Part shown: positions 20,626 through 26,365 of the stretch, one piece after another
Numbering within the stretch: position 1 is the stretch's first letter
How the letters are laid out: every line of letters starts with the position of its first letter
Assembly (NCBI GenBank): GCA_000388065.2
Contig: KB932217.1
Length of the DNA stretch: 26,365 bases
DNA from: Fonticula alba ATCC 38817
Lineage: Eukaryota; Protista; Nucleariida
Direction: 5' to 3' (one strand)
Translations under genes and position numbers: made by a program
Notes under the pieces: model-generated
What the model saw: the letters and a program-made list of their open reading frames with translations, nothing else
Database searches by the model: none
What the model was told of the DNA's origin: nothing

Positions 20626-20782
20626 GATGCCCCCCGCCCCCCCCCCCCCCCCCCGGCCCCCGTGGGGGGGGGGCCCCCCCCCCCCCCCCCCGGCGGGGGA
20701 GACACCCCCCCCCCCCCCACCCGCCCCCCCCCCCGGCGACAGCAGGGAGGCCCAGCACGGGGGCCCCCCCCCCCCCCCCGGG
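20626..20782. repeat. Clustered poly-C tracts (G-quadruplex-prone on the minus strand; may be low-quality sequence)
   Basis: At least five C runs of 10 nt or more with interspersed G islands. Confidence 0.7.
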
Positions 20783-21010
20783 CCGGAGCTCTCTCTCTAC
20801 TCCCTGGCGCAGAGAGTCTAGGAGGGTGTATTGATGGGGGGTGAGAAAAAAAAAAGAAGAAGGAAGGCACGTCCCGAGAGGCGCAGCCCGCTGTGTCGCG
20901 CGTGCGAGTCCGGCGGCGTGCCCCCGTCTCTCCGGGCCCGGGTGTTTCGGCCGCGCTGCCATATGCCAAGCGCGCTGGACGACCGAGGAGCAGGTCCCAG
21001 AGAGAAGGGC

Positions 21011-21935
21011 CTACACCAGGGCAGGCCCAGCCTCCAGGGCATGCCCCGCGCTGCGCTCCGCCTCGGCCAGTTCCTGCTCCACGCGGTCCAGGTTCTTCTG
21101 TGCATCGATCATCTCTACACGCGAGGGCAGGGCGGGGAGGGAGTGGGCGGAACGGAGGTCAGACATCACCAGCATAAAGAGGCAGGCATCACCCGGAGAA
21201 GGGAGAGGAAAGGCAAGGAAAGCGGTGTGTGTGTGTGGGGGGGGGGGGGGGAGGAGCCTCACCCCCTTCCCGGCTTCCTGGGATGGCCATATACGCACCG
21301 AGTAGCGCGAGCTCGGCCACCTTGATCTCGCGCTGGCGCGACCGATAGCGCCCAATATACAGCCCGAGGAAGATGATGAGGATGACCCTGCGGAAGGTCA
21401 TCGGATTGCGCAAATGTTCCCGGTAGATCTCCACCACCTCCTCCTTGGAGTTGGTGACAAACATCTGCCGCATCCACCGGGGCATGCGCACCACCGAGTG
21501 CGAGGGAAGCAGGATCCCATCCGGCCGGAAGTCCGGCAGGTGGGAGGGGTCGGTCTTGGACGCGGCGGCCAGCTTCTCCGCGTCCACCGGCGACACGAAC
21601 GCCGACGGGGGGATCGGCTTCATCATGCTCGGGGTGATCTCGGCCGGCCGCGGCTCCAGCCGGATGCCGGCCACCCGCGGCGGGTACATGTGCAGGGCCG
21701 CCGCACGCCGGGTCATGCTATCCGGCGGCGGGGCGGTGGGTGCCGCCGTCGCCCCGGGGGTGGTCGCAGCCTCGGCCTCCGGGCCGGCGGCAGCCTCGCC
21801 AACCGCCGCCGCCGTCGCCGTCGCGGGCGGCACGTCAGACGTGGTGGCGGTGGCGAACAGGCGGAGGGGGGCCACCGCGATCCGGCCACCCGCCAGGGGG
21901 AGCCGGCCAGGCAGGAGGGCGCTCCGGGCAAGCAT
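21011..21935 (-). CDS. Hypothetical protein with N-terminal mitochondrial-type presequence, single TM helix and C-terminal coiled coil
   Basis: Exons (minus) 21935->21299 and 21114->21011 (G|AG = Glu; GTGCGT...TAG intron); 246 aa. Starts MLARSALLPGRLPLAGGRIAVAPLRLF-ATA (Arg-rich, no acidic residue before D34). TM-like VILIIFLGLYIG; tail AQKNLDRVEQELAEAER. No family recognised. Confidence 0.75.
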
Positions 21936-22433
21936 GCTTCAGAGAGGCGAGGGGGGGAAGGGCAAGAAAGAGGCGAAAAGATCCGACGGCGTGCTGGAGT
22001 AAGAGTAGGAGGGGGCGGGGGGGGGGGGGGGGAGAGGGGAGGACGGGCACGGAGTGCCGTGGCCTGGCGGCCAGGCGGCGCCGCGGTGGGCGGACTTGTG
22101 GACACCTCGATCGGCCGGCCACCGGGAACATGTGCGCCCGGGTGTCCGTGCCGCGGCGGCCACCCCGTCCCTGGCAAGAGGCCCTGTGCCAGCACGTTGG
22201 GGAGGGGGGGGGGGCGGGTCTGGGGTCCTCCCCCTGGGACCCAGTTGCCAACGGATGCCGGTCGGCTGCCGGTCGGCTGCCGGCGCGTCCCGGGCCGATC
22301 GGCCCGAAAGTCACCCTGGCGCCGGCCCCCCTCCCCGTGGCCGGGCCGATCTTCAGCACCCTCCCCCTCTCTCTCCCCCTCCCCGCCGCTCCTTCTATCT
22401 CCCTCCCCCCCCCTCCTTCGAGAACAAGGCGCC
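21936..22433. promoter_or_regulatory. Probable bidirectional promoter (about 500 bp) between the presequence gene and ATG10
   Basis: Divergent ATGs at 21935 (-) and 22434 (+); each is preceded on its own sense strand by a C/T-rich tract, as seen before other ATGs in the window. Confidence 0.5.
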
Positions 22434-23721
22434 ATGACCAGTCGCGCCATCGGACAGGTGGGCTTCGTGCGCGGGGCCTCCACGGTGGCCCTCGCGCCGC
22501 TGGTGGCGAGCCAGCCTCCCCCGCCGGCGGCCGATGCCCTGGCCGGGCAGCTGGAGCGCCTGGCACTGGGGCAGCCCGGCGCCGCGGCCGCCAGCCTCCT
22601 CGGCCCGTGGATGGCCTGCACGGCCGACGAGGGCCCCAGCGAGCGGTGGCTCGTTCGCCGCGAGCTCGTCGAGCGCCCGCGTCCCTCGGCCCCCCCGGCC
22701 TCGGGCGCACCCCATGCTGGCAAGATCCCGGCGGTGGACCTGGCCAGCGAGGACAGCGAGGCCAGCGACGACGAGGACCCGGCCGAGGCCCGGCGCCCTG
22801 CCGGCCCCCCCGGCCCGGCCTCCCACCGGCGGTACATCCTCTGGGAATATCACTGCCTGTATGACCCGCTCTGGCAGGTGCCGGTGGTTTACTTCCGGGC
22901 CCTGGACCCGGGCCCGGGGGTCCGCCCGCCGGCCGGCAGCACCTTACGCTGTCTGTGCGCCCTGGAGGCCCGGCGCCTGGCCGGGGTGTCAATCGAGGGG
23001 ATCCTGGCCGGCCAGCCAGCACCGCAGGCCGCCGGGTCGTGCGGCTGGCCCGGGCCCTGCGCCAAGGTGTCCCCGGGGGCCGGGCTACTGGGCGGGCACC
23101 TGGCTTGCGCCTGTGTCCGGGAGTGGCCCTGGCCCGGGGAGCTCCCCTTCGATCTGGGCTTGCGTCTGGACGCCGCACGGCTTGGCTTCGACCCCGCCGA
23201 GCTGACCCCCCTGCATGGGGATATGTATGGGCTGCTGGCCGAGCGCCGGGCCCCGGTGACTGCCGGCAGCCCGGCCAGCCTGGTGTCCGGCCAGCCAACC
23301 CTGTCGGTGGAGGTGCGCACGCCGCCTTCGTGTTTTTTTTCCCGCACGCGCGCGCGCGCCCCCTCGCAACATGTGCCTCGCTCTGTGTTGCTGGTTGTGG
23401 TGCCTGCCTCGGCCTCAGGTCGCCTGACTTCGCCTCATTGATCAACTCCGCCTCGCCCCCCCCCGTCACCGTGCGCCCCCGTCTCACCTCGCCCATATAT
23501 AGACGCACCCGTACCTACGGCGCCCGTACTTCATGGTCCACCCCTGCCAAACTGGCCGGCAGATGGCCGACCTGCTGGACGACGCGACTGCCGGGCCCGA
23601 GCGCTACATGTCGGCCTTCCTGGCCGTGGCCGCGGCCGGCCTCGGCGGCCAGGCATGCATCTGCCAGTTGACGCTGCATGCCAGCCTTGGAGCTCCGACC
23701 GAGCCCCCTGCGTCTCAATAA
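22434..23721 (+). CDS. ATG10: Atg10-like autophagy E2 enzyme
   Basis: Exons 22434-23312 and 23503-23721 (365 aa). WEYHCLYDPLWQVPVVYFR, then VE|THPYLRRPYFMVHPCQT with the catalytic HPC. These motifs fit Atg10 better than Atg3. Confidence 0.88.
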
Positions 23722-23722
23722 A
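23717..23722 (+). other. AATAAA hexamer overlapping the ATG10 stop codon (possible polyadenylation signal)
   Basis: CAA-TAA-A: the TAA stop (23719-23721) lies within AATAAA. Function is inferred only. Confidence 0.3.
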
Positions 23723-23856
23723 GGTGAAGAAACATCAGCCCCGGCGCCATGGCCAAAGGCAGAGGGGCAGAGATGCCATGTGCACATGTATTGTTTTCGT
23801 GTGTCCTCCGACACCCCCGGCCGCCACCTCTCGGAGGGCGGGGGGGAGACGGCGCG

Positions 23857-25951
<2,095 letters not shown>

Positions 25952-26365
25952 GGTGGAAGCGTGGGCTGGGAGGGAGGGGGAAGGGAGGGGGAAGAGCCGA
26001 AAAGGGAGGAGGGAGAGGCGGGGTGGGTTGTCCCGCAGGCTCTTCCCGGCGAGTGCCCTGGTCGCCGCCCGATGATACCGAGCCGGGCGGACTCTAGCGC
26101 ACCCACAAACGCAGATCGCCCCCCCCCCCCCTCGCCTCCCTTCGCCCGGTGTCCGGGGGGGGGGGGGGAAGTGCCTGCGGGACGATCGGCGACATGAAGA
26201 GGAACACGTGAGAGGAATGCAGTGGCATCTGGGCCCGCACATCACCGGAACCGCGTGCGCGTGCGGCGGTCCCGCCGCGCGCCCGGACCCGCCGCACCCC
26301 CTGGCGGAGCTGGGGCCCATGCGTCGAGATGCCGGCCGGGGGGAGGGAGAGATCTCCCCCTCCCC

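Noticed and set aside
18228-20969. Gly/Pro/Arg-rich ORFs in the gene-free interval (for example 19037-20254, 19732-20487, 20460-20834)
   Set aside because: Composition is driven by G/C homopolymers; no domain motifs and no consistent exon chain with GTRYGY donors.

Overview
Eukaryotic, very GC-rich, intron-rich genomic DNA with three assembly gaps (2591-3540, 8533-8977, 9503-9781). I rebuilt eight spliced protein-coding genes by hand; all reading frames close across GT-AG introns. In order they are: an ABC-F ATPase (-), a catalytically degenerate tyrosyl-tRNA synthetase paralogue (-), an intact yeast/animal-type TyrRS with a long helical C-terminal extension (+), a Wss1/WLM metalloprotease (+), a phosphatidylinositol transfer protein (-), an orphan protein with a mitochondrial-type presequence and one TM helix (-), Atg10 (+) and Cwc24/RNF113A (-). 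The main lead is the head-to-head TyrRS pair. The left copy has lost the HIGH, KMSKS and tyrosine-pocket residues but keeps an open frame, two introns at positions identical to the active copy, and the HPxDLK anticodon motif, which is partly eroded in the active copy. This suggests a two-gene heterodimeric TyrRS, analogous to the single-chain trypanosomatid pseudo-dimer (inference). All 22 reconstructed 5' splice sites are GTRYGY and none is GTRAG, and many 3' splice sites sit behind (CA)n tracts. The gene mix suggests an early-branching opisthokont-like protist (for example Fonticula-like), but this is an unverified guess. No rRNA, tRNA, CRISPR array or recognisable transposon was seen.
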